From: an uncultured delta proteobacterium
Lineage (GTDB): Bacteria > Desulfobacterota > Binatia > UBA9968
Reading direction: 5' to 3'
NCBI GenBank assembly: GCA_963727625.1
Contig: CAVSHR010000005.1
Location: 256,001-320,000, forward strand
DNA length: 64,000 nucleotides
Shown: piece by piece, positions 23,451-33,348 of the stretch
Position numbering within the stretch: the first letter of the stretch is position 1
Layout: the number at the start of each line of letters is the position of its first letter
Notes under the pieces: model-generated
Databases searched by the model: none
What the model was told of the DNA's origin: nothing
What the model saw: only the letters and a program-made list of their open reading frames with translations
Translations under genes and position numbers: made by a program

Positions 23451-24398
23451 ATGCGAACTCTAGATCTTTTGGCCAGCGATTCATCCCACCTGCCGTTCCT
23501 CTACGTCTTCAAGGAATCCAAGGTGATGGAGAAATACGGCTACGAAATCGACCTGCATATCGTCGGCGGCGCCAAGGCGCCGACCATGGCGCACCGCGCC
23601 AAGCTCGCGCTCGCCGGGGAGATCGATTTTCTGAGCGGCCTGCATCATGAAACCTATCGCGAGCGCGCCAAGGGCGAAAAGCGCCTCACCTACCTGGCGC
23701 AGGCGCAGAACAACTGGGACGACCGACTGGTCGCACTGCCGGAGATCAAAACCGTCGAGGACCTCAAGGGCAAAAAGATCGTCTGCCATTCCAAGGCTCC
23801 TTGCGTCTCCGGCAACCTGCGCGCGGTGCTGCAAGATTGCGGGCTCAAGCCCGAGGAAATCAATATGGATGTCATCGACGATACGTCGGGTAAATTTTTG
23901 GACTTCGTCGATGAGATTACTTCGGGCAAGGCGGTAGCCGCGCTGGTCGATATGCCTTTCGATCTCTACGGCATCAAGAAAGGGTTGCATGTCGTCGATC
24001 TGCCGGACCGCCCGGTGATTCACAATACGACGCTGCTGGCGACCAGCGATTACATCAAAGAGAACGAAGAAACGGTCAACGCCTTTATCAAGGGGTTCGT
24101 CGAAGCGCTGCATTTTTTCAAAACCAAGCCGGCGGAAGTCGTGCCCATTCTGAAAAAGAACCTGGCCAAGCGCTACGGCTTGGAAGACGACGAGTACTAC
24201 GTCCATCTGCAGCGCGAGTGGGCCAAGCTGCTCAACAAGAAACCGTATCCGCTGCCGAGCGCAATTCAGAACGTTTACGATCTCGACGTCGGCAAGGATC
24301 CCAAGATGCGCCACATCGGCCCCATGGAACCCTGGGATCTGCACTATCTCAGGAAAATCGACGACAGCGGTTTTATCGATCAGCTCTACGCGCAATAA
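23451..24398 (+). CDS. NitT/TauT-type ABC substrate-binding-fold protein (no obvious signal peptide)
   Basis: IKTVEDLKGKKI motif and C-terminal LRKIDDSGFIDQLY. It ends 4 bp upstream of the UbiD gene. Confidence 0.8.
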   Translation: MRTLDLLASDSSHLPFLYVFKESKVMEKYGYEIDLHIVGGAKAPTMAHRAKLALAGEIDFLSGLHHETYRERAKGEKRLTYLAQAQNNWDDRLVALPEIKTVEDLKGKKIVCHSKAPCVSGNLRAVLQDCGLKPEEINMDVIDDTSGKFLDFVDEITSGKAVAALVDMPFDLYGIKKGLHVVDLPDRPVIHNTTLLATSDYIKENEETVNAFIKGFVEALHFFKTKPAEVVPILKKNLAKRYGLEDDEYYVHLQREWAKLLNKKPYPLPSAIQNVYDLDVGKDPKMRHIGPMEPWDLHYLRKIDDSGFIDQLYAQ

Positions 24399-24402
24399 GA
24401 AG

Positions 24403-25788
24403 ATGCCGCCGCTCGATCTTCGCCATTTTCTTGGTCAGCTGCGCAAACACGGCGAATTGCTGGCGGTGAGCGACGAAGTCGACCTGCGCTACGAGCTCTG
24501 CGAATTCCTCCATCAAGCCGACCGCGCCCATGGCCCGGCGCTCGCCTTCGAGCGGATCAAGGGGCACTCGATGAAAGTCGTCGGCAATCTGGTCGGCACA
24601 AAAAAACGCTTGGCGCTCGCCTTCGGTCTCACCAACGAAAACAAACTTCTCGAGGTTTACCGCAAGCGGCGCGGCAGCGTCGGCAGACCACGGCGGGTCA
24701 AAGACGGTCCGGTCAAAGAGGTGATCTTACGAAACGGCAAGCAGGTCGATCTCAATGCTTTGCCTATTCCGACTTACCACGAGGATGACGCCGGTCCTTA
24801 TATCACCTGCGGCATCCTTACCGCCAAGGATCCGCAAACCGGCGCAAGAAGCATGGGACTGCACCGGTTGCAGGTAAAGGGCAGCCGGCGCCTGGGCGTG
24901 CATTTGGCCAATCCGCCGATCTCGCATTTCGTCGCCAAGGCCGAAGAAAACAATCGCCCCCTCGACGTCGCGATCAGCCTGGGTGTTCATCCGATTCTTT
25001 TGCTTGCGTCCATCGTCAGCGCGCCCACCGAAGATAAAATCGCCATCGCCGGCAGCCTGCTCGGCAGCCCGTTGGCGCTCGCCCGATGCGACACTTCCGA
25101 TGTCGATATTCCGGCCCACGCCGAGGTGGTGATCGAAGGCCGGGTACTGCCGAAAGTGAGAGAGCCGGAAGGCCCCTTCGGCGAGACTTCAGGGTATTAT
25201 TTCAGCGATCAAAGCCACGTCATCGAAGTCACCGCCATCACGCATCGAAAGGATCCCATTCTCCAGGCTCTTCATCCGACATCGCGGGAAGTCGCCCTAC
25301 TTTGCGGCCCGGCCGGCGAAGCGGAGATCGTTCAGATGCTGCACGAGAAGGGATTCGCCGTGGAGGATGTGGCGCTCAGTGCGCCGAGTGGACGAACCCA
25401 TGTCGTTATAGCGTTGAAAAAACGCCACGATTCGGACCCGAAGCAACTTCTACATTTTTTGCTTGCCGGCGTGCCGTACATCAAGCACGCAGTCGTGGTC
25501 GATGCAGACGTCGACGTTCAAGATCCGAGAGACATGGAATGGGCGATCGCCACGCGCGTTCAAGGCGACGAGGATCTCGTGATTATGCCCGGGCTGCGCG
25601 GCCGCAGCATCGATCCGTCTCACAAGAAGGACATGATCGGCGCCAAGGTCGGTATCGACGCGACGGTGCCGCTCGCGGAAAAACCGCGCTTCAAGCGCAT
25701 CGGCGTCCCCGCCGATGTTAGCCGAAGCGTGGCCACGCGCTTGACGAAGCTCCTGAACACCGAAACGACGGTTAAAATCAAGGGATAA
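24403..25788 (+). CDS. UbiD-family (prFMN-dependent) decarboxylase
   Basis: DAGPYIT, GLHR, EGPFGETSGYY, VDADVD, WAIATR and GIDAT. Confidence 0.92.
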   Translation: MPPLDLRHFLGQLRKHGELLAVSDEVDLRYELCEFLHQADRAHGPALAFERIKGHSMKVVGNLVGTKKRLALAFGLTNENKLLEVYRKRRGSVGRPRRVKDGPVKEVILRNGKQVDLNALPIPTYHEDDAGPYITCGILTAKDPQTGARSMGLHRLQVKGSRRLGVHLANPPISHFVAKAEENNRPLDVAISLGVHPILLLASIVSAPTEDKIAIAGSLLGSPLALARCDTSDVDIPAHAEVVIEGRVLPKVREPEGPFGETSGYYFSDQSHVIEVTAITHRKDPILQALHPTSREVALLCGPAGEAEIVQMLHEKGFAVEDVALSAPSGRTHVVIALKKRHDSDPKQLLHFLLAGVPYIKHAVVVDADVDVQDPRDMEWAIATRVQGDEDLVIMPGLRGRSIDPSHKKDMIGAKVGIDATVPLAEKPRFKRIGVPADVSRSVATRLTKLLNTETTVKIKG

Positions 25789-25811
25789 AAAAGAGCTCGG
25801 TAAGGCTGAAA

Positions 25812-26372
25812 ATGCGGTCCTGGGCTTGGCACAAGTCGTTCTTAATAGGTGCCGTCAATTGCGCGATGGCTTTCGCGTCAGGCGCCGGCGGCGCCGAATT
25901 TAAAGCTGCGCAAACATTTGCTCTGAAAAGTCCGGGGTTCCAATCCGGTGCCGCCATCCCGCACAAATACACTTGTGACGCCAAAGATCTCTCGCCGCCG
26001 TTGCGCTGGGAGAACGTGCCGGCAGCAGCCAAAGCTTACGCGCTGGTCGCCGACGACCCCGACGCGCCGGGCGGAACTTGGGTGCACTGGGTGATCTATG
26101 ATTTGCCTGCGGCGGCAAACGAGCTCGCCGGAGGTACCGCCAAGACCGCAACTCTGGCCACTGGCGCCAAGCAAGGCATAAACAGTTTTCGGCGGATCGG
26201 CTACGGCGGTCCCTGCCCGCCGGCGGGGCCGGCGCATCGCTACTATTTTAAGCTTTATGCGCTGGACGCCCCGACCGGTCTCCAACCGGGCGCAAGCAAA
26301 GCGCAACTCCTCGAAGCGATCAAAGGCCACGTGCTCGGCCAAGCCGAGCTCATGGGCCATTACCAACGCTGA
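25812..26372 (+). CDS. YbhB/YbcL (PEBP, Raf kinase inhibitor-like) protein
   Basis: DDPDAPGGTWVHW, YGGPCPP and HRYYFKLYALD, with a signal peptide. Confidence 0.93.
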   Translation: MRSWAWHKSFLIGAVNCAMAFASGAGGAEFKAAQTFALKSPGFQSGAAIPHKYTCDAKDLSPPLRWENVPAAAKAYALVADDPDAPGGTWVHWVIYDLPAAANELAGGTAKTATLATGAKQGINSFRRIGYGGPCPPAGPAHRYYFKLYALDAPTGLQPGASKAQLLEAIKGHVLGQAELMGHYQR

Positions 26373-26436
26373 CAGTGCACTTTGCCGGTATTGGAAAAAT
26401 GCCGGCCGGATTTTGCGACGCTGCGAGCCGAGATCG

Positions 26437-27495
26437 TTAATGAACCTCGATAATCAGTGGACCTTTGCGCTGCGGGTAAGGCTCAAGAATCGGTCCCGAA
26501 GGCTCGGGCGCAAGCACCGGCTTGGCGATTTCCCAGAGGTACAACATATGAACATCTCCCACAGCGTCGCGATAGGATTCGGTAATTTTCGGTTGCCAGT
26601 CACCCATGTCGAATGTGTACGAGATCACTCGCGCGCCCCGCTTGAGCTGCCGGTTTAATTGCTCGCGCACCGCAAGATTGCCGTCGTAGGAAAGATAAAG
26701 CGTCACCACCGACGCCGATGACAAATCCGCCGCGAGGAAATCTTCCTGGCGGATTCTTACCAGCTTCTCCACACCCGCTCTGCGAACATTCTCGCGGGCT
26801 AACTTCACCAACCCCGTGTCGATTTCATAGCCGACACCGCGCGCGCCGTATTTTTTTGCTGCGGCAATGAGAATCCGTCCGTCTCCCGAACCCAAGTCAT
26901 AAATTACGTCGCCCTTTTTCACGCTGGCAAGCACGAGCATGCGCTCGACGACTTCATGGGGCGTCGGGTCGAAAGGCGCCACCTGGTCAGGACCGCGCCC
27001 CGGCACCACGCTCGATGGACCGTCAGCGTAGCGGCGCTCCTCTTGCACCACGCCCGGCGCCACCTCGGTAATTACCGTTGTACCGTACGTCCACGGCCCA
27101 TCGAAAATGACGACCCCCGGGTGAGGATGCGGTGGCCGCGGCCGGCGCGGGCGATCCGGTCGGCCTACCCATTTGGGCGACTTGGGCCATCGGCTCGCGG
27201 GTGGAATCACAATCATGGAAGGGCCCGATGGCACCGAGGGCCTCGCTCCGGGCGTTTTACGAGTCTGAGTTTGCTGCACCGTCACGCCCGGGCTAGGACC
27301 GGAATTGGCCGGCGGAGATGACGGGCTTTGAGGAGACGGTAGCCTTTGAAAGGACGGGTTAGCGGGCGCGGGCGGTGCCGTCCAACCACCCCTGCCAGAC
27401 CCCCACCCATGGGCGCTGCGTAAACCCTGGCCATAGGCAGGGGAAAGCGCGACGATCAAAAAAAACCAGGTTAAAGGCAATGCCGGGGATTTCAT
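26437..27495 (-). CDS. Class I SAM-dependent methyltransferase with signal peptide and Pro-rich N-terminus
   Basis: APFDPTP, YDLGSGDGR, GVGYEID, VVTLYL and FDMGDW, preceded by ~150 aa of low-complexity Pro/Ser-rich sequence. Confidence 0.85.
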   Translation of the reverse strand: MKSPALPLTWFFLIVALSPAYGQGLRSAHGWGSGRGGWTAPPAPANPSFQRLPSPQSPSSPPANSGPSPGVTVQQTQTRKTPGARPSVPSGPSMIVIPPASRWPKSPKWVGRPDRPRRPRPPHPHPGVVIFDGPWTYGTTVITEVAPGVVQEERRYADGPSSVVPGRGPDQVAPFDPTPHEVVERMLVLASVKKGDVIYDLGSGDGRILIAAAKKYGARGVGYEIDTGLVKLARENVRRAGVEKLVRIRQEDFLAADLSSASVVTLYLSYDGNLAVREQLNRQLKRGARVISYTFDMGDWQPKITESYRDAVGDVHMLYLWEIAKPVLAPEPSGPILEPYPQRKGPLIIEVH

Positions 27496-27543
27496 AGTGG
27501 CGCCCTCGAATGGAGTAATCATAGGAAGCGCCAATGGGTTAAG

Positions 27544-27720
27544 TCAACTCGTTGAGCTCACGGCTAAACCGCGCATCACCGGCGCGCGCCAAGCCACCAG
27601 AACGGCGAGAACGATGACCAACAATCCCATGTCGCTGACCTTCGCCGGGGCGCCGATCGGCACCAAGCCGCGATCAAGCGCATAGGTGCTCATCACCCGG
27701 CCGCGCCCGGTATCGGATGC
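27544..27720 (-). pseudogene. C-terminal remnant of an MFS transporter
   Basis: Translation ASDTGRGRVMSTYALDRGLVPIGAPAKVSDMGLLVIVLAVLVAWRAP resembles the RGRVMSxY...GxxPxG motif and last TMs of MFS_3-type transporters. Confidence 0.55.
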
Positions 27721-27804
27721 TATCGTTTAAGGGGTTGAATGTTTGAAATTTATCCGTTCATGCCGAGCGTGTCGAGCCATTCCGACGCGTTTTTCAGCGA
27801 CCTG

Positions 27805-28587
27805 CTAGTTCGCTCTGCTGAGGAACATAGCATCGTCAGCGTGAATGAAGCCGGGCGGTTTACCGTGTTTTGAGCGGATTTCGAGCCACCCACCGGCCGA
27901 GCCGACAACCGTGATCTGTGTCCCCCGGCCGATTTGCGCTATGACTCGGGACGAATTGGCCGGCTCTTTGTAGACCGGGGTGGTTCGTATGGTTTCATAG
28001 AGGCGCGGCTCCACGGTCCGGTTGGCGCGCGCGGTCACCGTGGGCGCGGGGGGCGGATCTATGGTGCGCGCCGTCGGTAGCGGACCCGAAGCGATTCGGC
28101 TCGCCGACAGGCGTGCGATTTCGCGATTGGCGCTAGTAAGCTTGCTCTGCGCCTGCGCCAGGTCCTTCTGGGTTTCCTCTAGATTTGCCTTTAACTGTCC
28201 AATCTGCTGGCGGGTACCCTGGTTATCCTGACGCAGCTGCGCGAGTTGCGATTCAAGATCTTTGACCTTTTCGTCCTTTTCTTGGATCGCCCGTTGCTGT
28301 TCGGCCAACTGCGGCCCCATATCGTGGCGTTCGACGTTGCCGCCGACGAGATAAATCCCGAGAGCGAAAACGGCCAACCCCAAAACCAAGATTGCCTTCG
28401 ATTTTACCGTGAGCTTTTCTTTTTCGGGTAGAGCGGCCGGATGGTCCAGATCTTCGACATGTCGCGGCCACTCAGGCTCGATCGATAAAACCAGATCCGC
28501 CTTACAGTAGGGACAGGTCAGGGCTTCCGCGGCAATGCTGTTGGCGCAATGCGGACAAAGCCGGGTGTGAATTTTTGCGTCCGCCAT
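27805..28587 (-). CDS. Zinc-ribbon / TM / coiled-coil / SH3b-domain membrane protein
   Basis: CPHC...CPYC, one TM, a Q/E/K-rich coiled coil, and C-terminal VYKEP...IAQIGRGTQITVVGSAGGWLEI...GFI (SH3b-like). Confidence 0.75.
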   Translation of the reverse strand: MADAKIHTRLCPHCANSIAAEALTCPYCKADLVLSIEPEWPRHVEDLDHPAALPEKEKLTVKSKAILVLGLAVFALGIYLVGGNVERHDMGPQLAEQQRAIQEKDEKVKDLESQLAQLRQDNQGTRQQIGQLKANLEETQKDLAQAQSKLTSANREIARLSASRIASGPLPTARTIDPPPAPTVTARANRTVEPRLYETIRTTPVYKEPANSSRVIAQIGRGTQITVVGSAGGWLEIRSKHGKPPGFIHADDAMFLSRAN

Positions 28588-28887
28588 TTTTGATATTCCG
28601 TCTTTCCTATTTTAGCACGCCCCTTTGGAAAAATTCCCTCTCTCGCACTATTACTGGATATTATCGATTGCATGGAACCCTCGGTCAAGCCACTTGAGGT
28701 TAAGTTTTGCGCTCCCCGTCACCCGTCAGGGACCCACGGCTGTCTTCGGGTTTGGCCCCAAGACAGGCAACGCTTTAGCCATTCCGGCTGAACCTTTATT
28801 TTCGCTTAGACGTTCGAAGAAACCATTATGAACCGCTTGTCCGGCTTTTTTCCTTGAGCTATAGAACCCTTGGAGGATTTTCGATCC

Positions 28888-29829
28888 ATGGCATTGATCA
28901 TCAGCGAAACGCAAACCCGAAAGCTCATTGGCATGGCGCAGGCCATCGCCCAGCTCGACAAGATGTTCCGCGACCGCGCCGCCGGTAAGATGCGCAGCGT
29001 GCCGCGTCGCCGTCTCAAGGGCAGCGAAAAGCAGCTCAACATGATGGCGGCGTGGCACCAAGAGATGGACTTGATTTGTCTGCGCGCCTACGCTGGGGGC
29101 GCCAACACCATCACGCTTTACCACGGCCGCAAGGGCGGTATCCAAGCGATCATCGACATGAGCTACTTGAGCAGTCTGCGCACCGGCGCCGCCACCGGCG
29201 TCGCGGCCAAATATCTCGCGCCGAAAAATAGCAAGGTGCTCGGCATCATCGGCCCGGGTTGGCAAGCGACATTTCAAGTGGAAGCCGTGGCCGAGACGTG
29301 CCCGATCGAGCAGGTGGTGGTCTGGGGACGCACGCCCAAACGGCGCAAAGATTTTATCAAGCAGATGAGCAAAGTCGTCAAAGCCGATTGGCAGGAGGTC
29401 GGCACCGTCGACGAAGTTGAAGCGGCGTCCGATATCCTGGTCGTCTCCACCAGCTCGACCACGCCGGTAGCCACCGGCAGCAGCTTGAAGGACGAAGTTT
29501 TGGTCGCATCCATAGGCGCCAATTCCACCGTCAAGCATGAAGTGTCGAATTATTTAATCCGGCAAATGGACTTGATCGTCACCGAAGATCTGGCCGCGGC
29601 GAAAGCCGATAGCGGCGATCTGGCCGAAGCCTGCCAGAATGGCATCGCCCGTTGGGAAGATATCCTGCCGCTGGAAAAAATCGTCGCCGAAGGCATGTTG
29701 CAACCGCGGCCGAAACGAATCTTCTTTCAATCCAACGGCATCGCCGACGAAGACTTAGCCGTCGGCAAATATGTCTTGGATCAAGCCAAAAGGAAAAAAT
29801 TGAAGCTCCGCAACGTGGCGGAGATCTGA
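28888..29829 (+). CDS. Ornithine cyclodeaminase / mu-crystallin family protein
   Basis: LRTGAATGVAAKYLA, GIIGPGWQA, SIGAN and SNGIADED. Confidence 0.9.
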   Translation: MALIISETQTRKLIGMAQAIAQLDKMFRDRAAGKMRSVPRRRLKGSEKQLNMMAAWHQEMDLICLRAYAGGANTITLYHGRKGGIQAIIDMSYLSSLRTGAATGVAAKYLAPKNSKVLGIIGPGWQATFQVEAVAETCPIEQVVVWGRTPKRRKDFIKQMSKVVKADWQEVGTVDEVEAASDILVVSTSSTTPVATGSSLKDEVLVASIGANSTVKHEVSNYLIRQMDLIVTEDLAAAKADSGDLAEACQNGIARWEDILPLEKIVAEGMLQPRPKRIFFQSNGIADEDLAVGKYVLDQAKRKKLKLRNVAEI

Positions 29830-29836
29830 CGCGGCA

Positions 29837-30553
29837 TTACGGCTTCACAAACTCCAGCACGAAGCGGTCGTCTTGGTTGCGTCGCCGATTGACGTTGAAG
29901 TCACGCGTGTCCTCAGGCTTGCGCAGCATATTGCCTTCGTTGGCGAGCTTGAACCCGGCTGCCGTGACATCTTTGATGACCTGATATTTATCGATGCGAT
30001 GTAGGGTCTTGTTGGCTTCGTTACCCGACCCGTCTTTCGCCGAGTGATCAACCACGGCGTAAATCCCGCCGCGTTTGAGCGCCGCGAGCACTCTTCGATT
30101 CATCGGCCCGCGTACCGCCGGCGCCAGGTCATGATAGTTGAGATGAATGAGCGCGAAATCGAGCGAACCATCCTGGGGCAGTGCGAGCTTGTCGAAGGGC
30201 CCATCGGCCACCCGGACATTGGCGAATTTCGCCGATTTCCAGCGCTGGTTGATTTCATCGCGCGAGCGCGCATTCACCGTGTAGACGATTCCCTGCGGTC
30301 CGACGACCTGCGAGAGTATCGCGGTGTAGTAGCCGCGCCCCGCCGAGATATCCGCGACTTTATCGCCGGGCTTGACACCGTAAAAGGCCAGCACCTGGTC
30401 CGGCTTACGCGCGCCGTCGAGGGCGCGCTCATTCTGTGGCCGATCCGGATCGGCGATTATCGAGGTATAATTCGCCGATGCCGCCGCGCAGCCCGCGAGC
30501 ATCACCGCTAGCAGTAACCGCCAACCCTTAGTCAGCAAACGTAAGTTTTTCAT
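29837..30553 (-). CDS. Predicted lipoprotein SAM-dependent methyltransferase
   Basis: Lipobox MLAG-C, RKPDQVLAF, VADISAGRGYYT, YHD, LKRGG and DRFVLEFVKP. RBS GGAGGAGG. Confidence 0.85.
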   Translation of the reverse strand: MKNLRLLTKGWRLLLAVMLAGCAAASANYTSIIADPDRPQNERALDGARKPDQVLAFYGVKPGDKVADISAGRGYYTAILSQVVGPQGIVYTVNARSRDEINQRWKSAKFANVRVADGPFDKLALPQDGSLDFALIHLNYHDLAPAVRGPMNRRVLAALKRGGIYAVVDHSAKDGSGNEANKTLHRIDKYQVIKDVTAAGFKLANEGNMLRKPEDTRDFNVNRRRNQDDRFVLEFVKP

Positions 30554-30743
30554 CAAAGCGCGCCTCCTCCGTTCATCAGCTGTTCGAATGTAGAATGTCC
30601 GAAAAGAAAAGCAAGAGTTGCTGCACTGAAACGCCGCTCGCGTTCGGTCCAGTGCTCTGTCATCTACCGTGATCGTCCGCCCGGCGCGGCCTCGCGGGAT
30701 ACGGTCGGGCAGCGGAGCAGCGGTGATTTTTAATCGGCAGGGG

Positions 30744-30780
30744 GTCAAATTCCCAGCAGCTTGCTGCGGGGTGGTTCATT
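30744..30780. mobile_element. Isolated IS200/IS605-type end hairpin (PATE-like)
   Basis: GTCAAATTCCCAGCAGC-TT-GCTGCGGGGTGGTTCATT hairpin with no transposase nearby. Confidence 0.45.
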
Positions 30781-30788
30781 GGTCGGGC

Positions 30789-31565
30789 CTAGCTTCGGTT
30801 GCTTTGGAGCGCGGCGTCCACGTCATAGCGCAGCAGGTTCCAGATCTTTTCCATGCATAGTGAGAAGTCCGGGTCGCGCATGCTTTTCATCGTGCGCGGG
30901 CGCGGGATATCCACGGTGACGATTTCTTTGATCAGGCCCGGCCTGGAGCTCATGACCGCGATGCGATCGCAGAGCATCACTGCTTCCTCGAGATTGTGGG
31001 TCACCAGAACCACGGTTTTCTTGTCACGCTCCCAAATCCGCAACAATTCTTCGCGCATGACCAGCCGGGTCTGCGCGTCAAGATTGGCGAACGGCTCATC
31101 CATCAGCACCACTTCGGGATCGTTTGCCAAGGCCCGCGCGATCGCGACCTTCTGTTTCATGCCGCCCGATAATTCATGGGGCCGCGCGCCGGCGAAATCC
31201 AACAGCCGGACGATATCGAGAAAAAATCGGCTGATTCGCTTGTAAACCGACGGCTCCTCCCCGCGAAATTCCGCGCCCAGCGGCACGTTTTCTTCGACGG
31301 TGCGCCAGGGCATTAGCGCCGCGTCTTGAAAAACCATGGAGACCGGCGACTTGGAGCGCTGCTCGCCGATAAATTCGACTGTGCCCGTGCTCGGCGTCTC
31401 CAGGCAGCCCATGATGTGCAGCAACGTCGTCTTGCCGCATCCCGTCGGTCCGATAATGCCGAAGAATTCCCGGTCGCGCACTTCGAGATTAATCCCGCCG
31501 AGAGCGCGAATGCCGCCCTGGCTGGTCTCATACTGTTTGGTTAAACCGTGAACGACGACTTTCAT
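30789..31565 (-). CDS. NitT/TauT-family ABC transporter ATP-binding protein
   Basis: GPTGCGKTT, LSGGMKQ, LMDEPF and VTHNLEEA. Confidence 0.95.
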   Translation of the reverse strand: MKVVVHGLTKQYETSQGGIRALGGINLEVRDREFFGIIGPTGCGKTTLLHIMGCLETPSTGTVEFIGEQRSKSPVSMVFQDAALMPWRTVEENVPLGAEFRGEEPSVYKRISRFFLDIVRLLDFAGARPHELSGGMKQKVAIARALANDPEVVLMDEPFANLDAQTRLVMREELLRIWERDKKTVVLVTHNLEEAVMLCDRIAVMSSRPGLIKEIVTVDIPRPRTMKSMRDPDFSLCMEKIWNLLRYDVDAALQSNRS

Positions 31566-31647
31566 AAAGTGTCTACAGTCTCCGAGGTCTGGCAGCCAGC
31601 GTCCAGTGTTTAATCCGAGATCCCGACACCGGACTCTAACCGGAGCT

Positions 31648-33066
31648 TTATCCGAGAAAATCTTCCAATTTCACATTCGCCAAACCCATCGGCTTCACCG
31701 GTTCAAAGTAGGCACGCAGCTCCGGCGTCTGCGCCGCGCCTTTGGTGGCATCGATCAGCATCTTCGAGCCGATGCGCGGATGAAACCCCATATGATCGCC
31801 GGCATCCGGCAATAGCTCAGCGGTTAGATCACCGGTGTGGCACAGGGTATCGGGAATAATCAACACATCCGATTTCGGGTTCACCCGGGTGGACAGCGCG
31901 TACAGGATCGATTGCGCATTATGGGGATCGACATCCTCGTCGACGGCAATGCCGATCTTGGGGTGGAGATACGGGCTGGAGAGCAGCGCCATCAGCATGC
32001 TGCGCACCTCGCCCGCTTTGCGTGGGGTCATCTGCACCACGATGATGTGACTGCCGCCCGCGTACGGCAAGGCGACGACGTCTTTCACGTCGATGAAGCC
32101 ACCGACGTCCTTGATGCGAGCGTAGAGAACCAATTCCATGGGGAAACCGTCGAGCGGCTGCGACTCAGAGATCGGCCGCCCGCCCTGCAGCGCGTAATAG
32201 ATGGCGTTCTTGCGCATCGTCATGCATTTGACGTTGATGATCGGCTGCTGCAGCGTGCCGTGGGTCATGCCGGCGTGCTCGCAAAACGGCCCTTCGTCTT
32301 CCATGTAATTGGGCGGCACCTCACCTTCGATGACGATTTCCGCATCAGCCGGCACCATCACGTCGATGGTCTCGCAGCGCACCATTTTCGCCGGCTCCTG
32401 CAACAATGCGCCGGCGATCTCGACCTCGTCGGTTTCGTAACTGGTCGTCCAGGTCGACGCGATGTAGTAGGCCGGATGGTGGCCGATCACCGTGGCGACG
32501 GGCATCGCCTTCCCCGCCTTCCAATATTTCTGCATGCAGATATCGGTATGGCGCTTGGGATGGACGAAGATTCCCATCTTCTTCGGCCCCTTGATGTGAT
32601 CGCGCTGCAGCGCGATGTTTTGCGTGCCGGTTTCAGGATCCTTGACGAACTGCATCGCCGAGCCGATGAATGGCACGCCGCGGTCGCTGTCCGAGTGGAC
32701 GTGAATCGGCAAGCGGCCCAGGTCCGCGTCATCGTCTTTCCAAACGACTTCTTTAACCGGACCGTCTTCGACGATCTGCGGTTTCACCAGCCCGCGCGTG
32801 ATCCGGCCGCCGAGCTCGACCAAGGCCTTGTCTTTCGTCGTCCCCAAACCCAGCGCCATCTTCTCCCGGCTGCCGCACATATAACTGACCGCAGACCAGC
32901 CGGGATAGCCCTTGAGGTTGTGAAACATGGTCCCCTTGCCCATGTCGTTTTCACCCCGATAGGCGATGCCGGCCAGGTTGGTCAGGGGGTCGACTTCCTT
33001 TCTGATATCGAGCAGCAGCTTGTGTTCTCTGATCAAGTCAATGTAGCTGCGGAGATCCTGTGACAC
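31648..33066 (-). CDS. UbiD-family (prFMN-dependent) decarboxylase, second paralog
   Basis: KDPETG, IALQR, EGPFCEHAG, VDEDVD, ALSTR and LIDAT. Confidence 0.92.
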   Translation of the reverse strand: MSQDLRSYIDLIREHKLLLDIRKEVDPLTNLAGIAYRGENDMGKGTMFHNLKGYPGWSAVSYMCGSREKMALGLGTTKDKALVELGGRITRGLVKPQIVEDGPVKEVVWKDDDADLGRLPIHVHSDSDRGVPFIGSAMQFVKDPETGTQNIALQRDHIKGPKKMGIFVHPKRHTDICMQKYWKAGKAMPVATVIGHHPAYYIASTWTTSYETDEVEIAGALLQEPAKMVRCETIDVMVPADAEIVIEGEVPPNYMEDEGPFCEHAGMTHGTLQQPIINVKCMTMRKNAIYYALQGGRPISESQPLDGFPMELVLYARIKDVGGFIDVKDVVALPYAGGSHIIVVQMTPRKAGEVRSMLMALLSSPYLHPKIGIAVDEDVDPHNAQSILYALSTRVNPKSDVLIIPDTLCHTGDLTAELLPDAGDHMGFHPRIGSKMLIDATKGAAQTPELRAYFEPVKPMGLANVKLEDFLG

Positions 33067-33348
33067 GAACGGATGCCCTCCTGAAATGCGGAACTTCTAA
33101 ATCTTGTATTGTCATTTCCGGCATTAATCCAACCGCGCAGCCGGCCGATTCGGGCTGCGCGAGTCTCGATCTTTGCAAAACTCAAAACGTCGCGACGCAC
33201 TTACCCCCCGCCTTAGCCCGCAGGCCCGGCGCGACTGCGCCGGTCACAATGTCTGCGCAAACAAGAAGCGTGATCTGCAAAAATGCACAAATTAGCGAAC
33301 TTAGCCGCCTTATCCGAAGACCCGAGACCCTGGACTCCAAACTAATCT

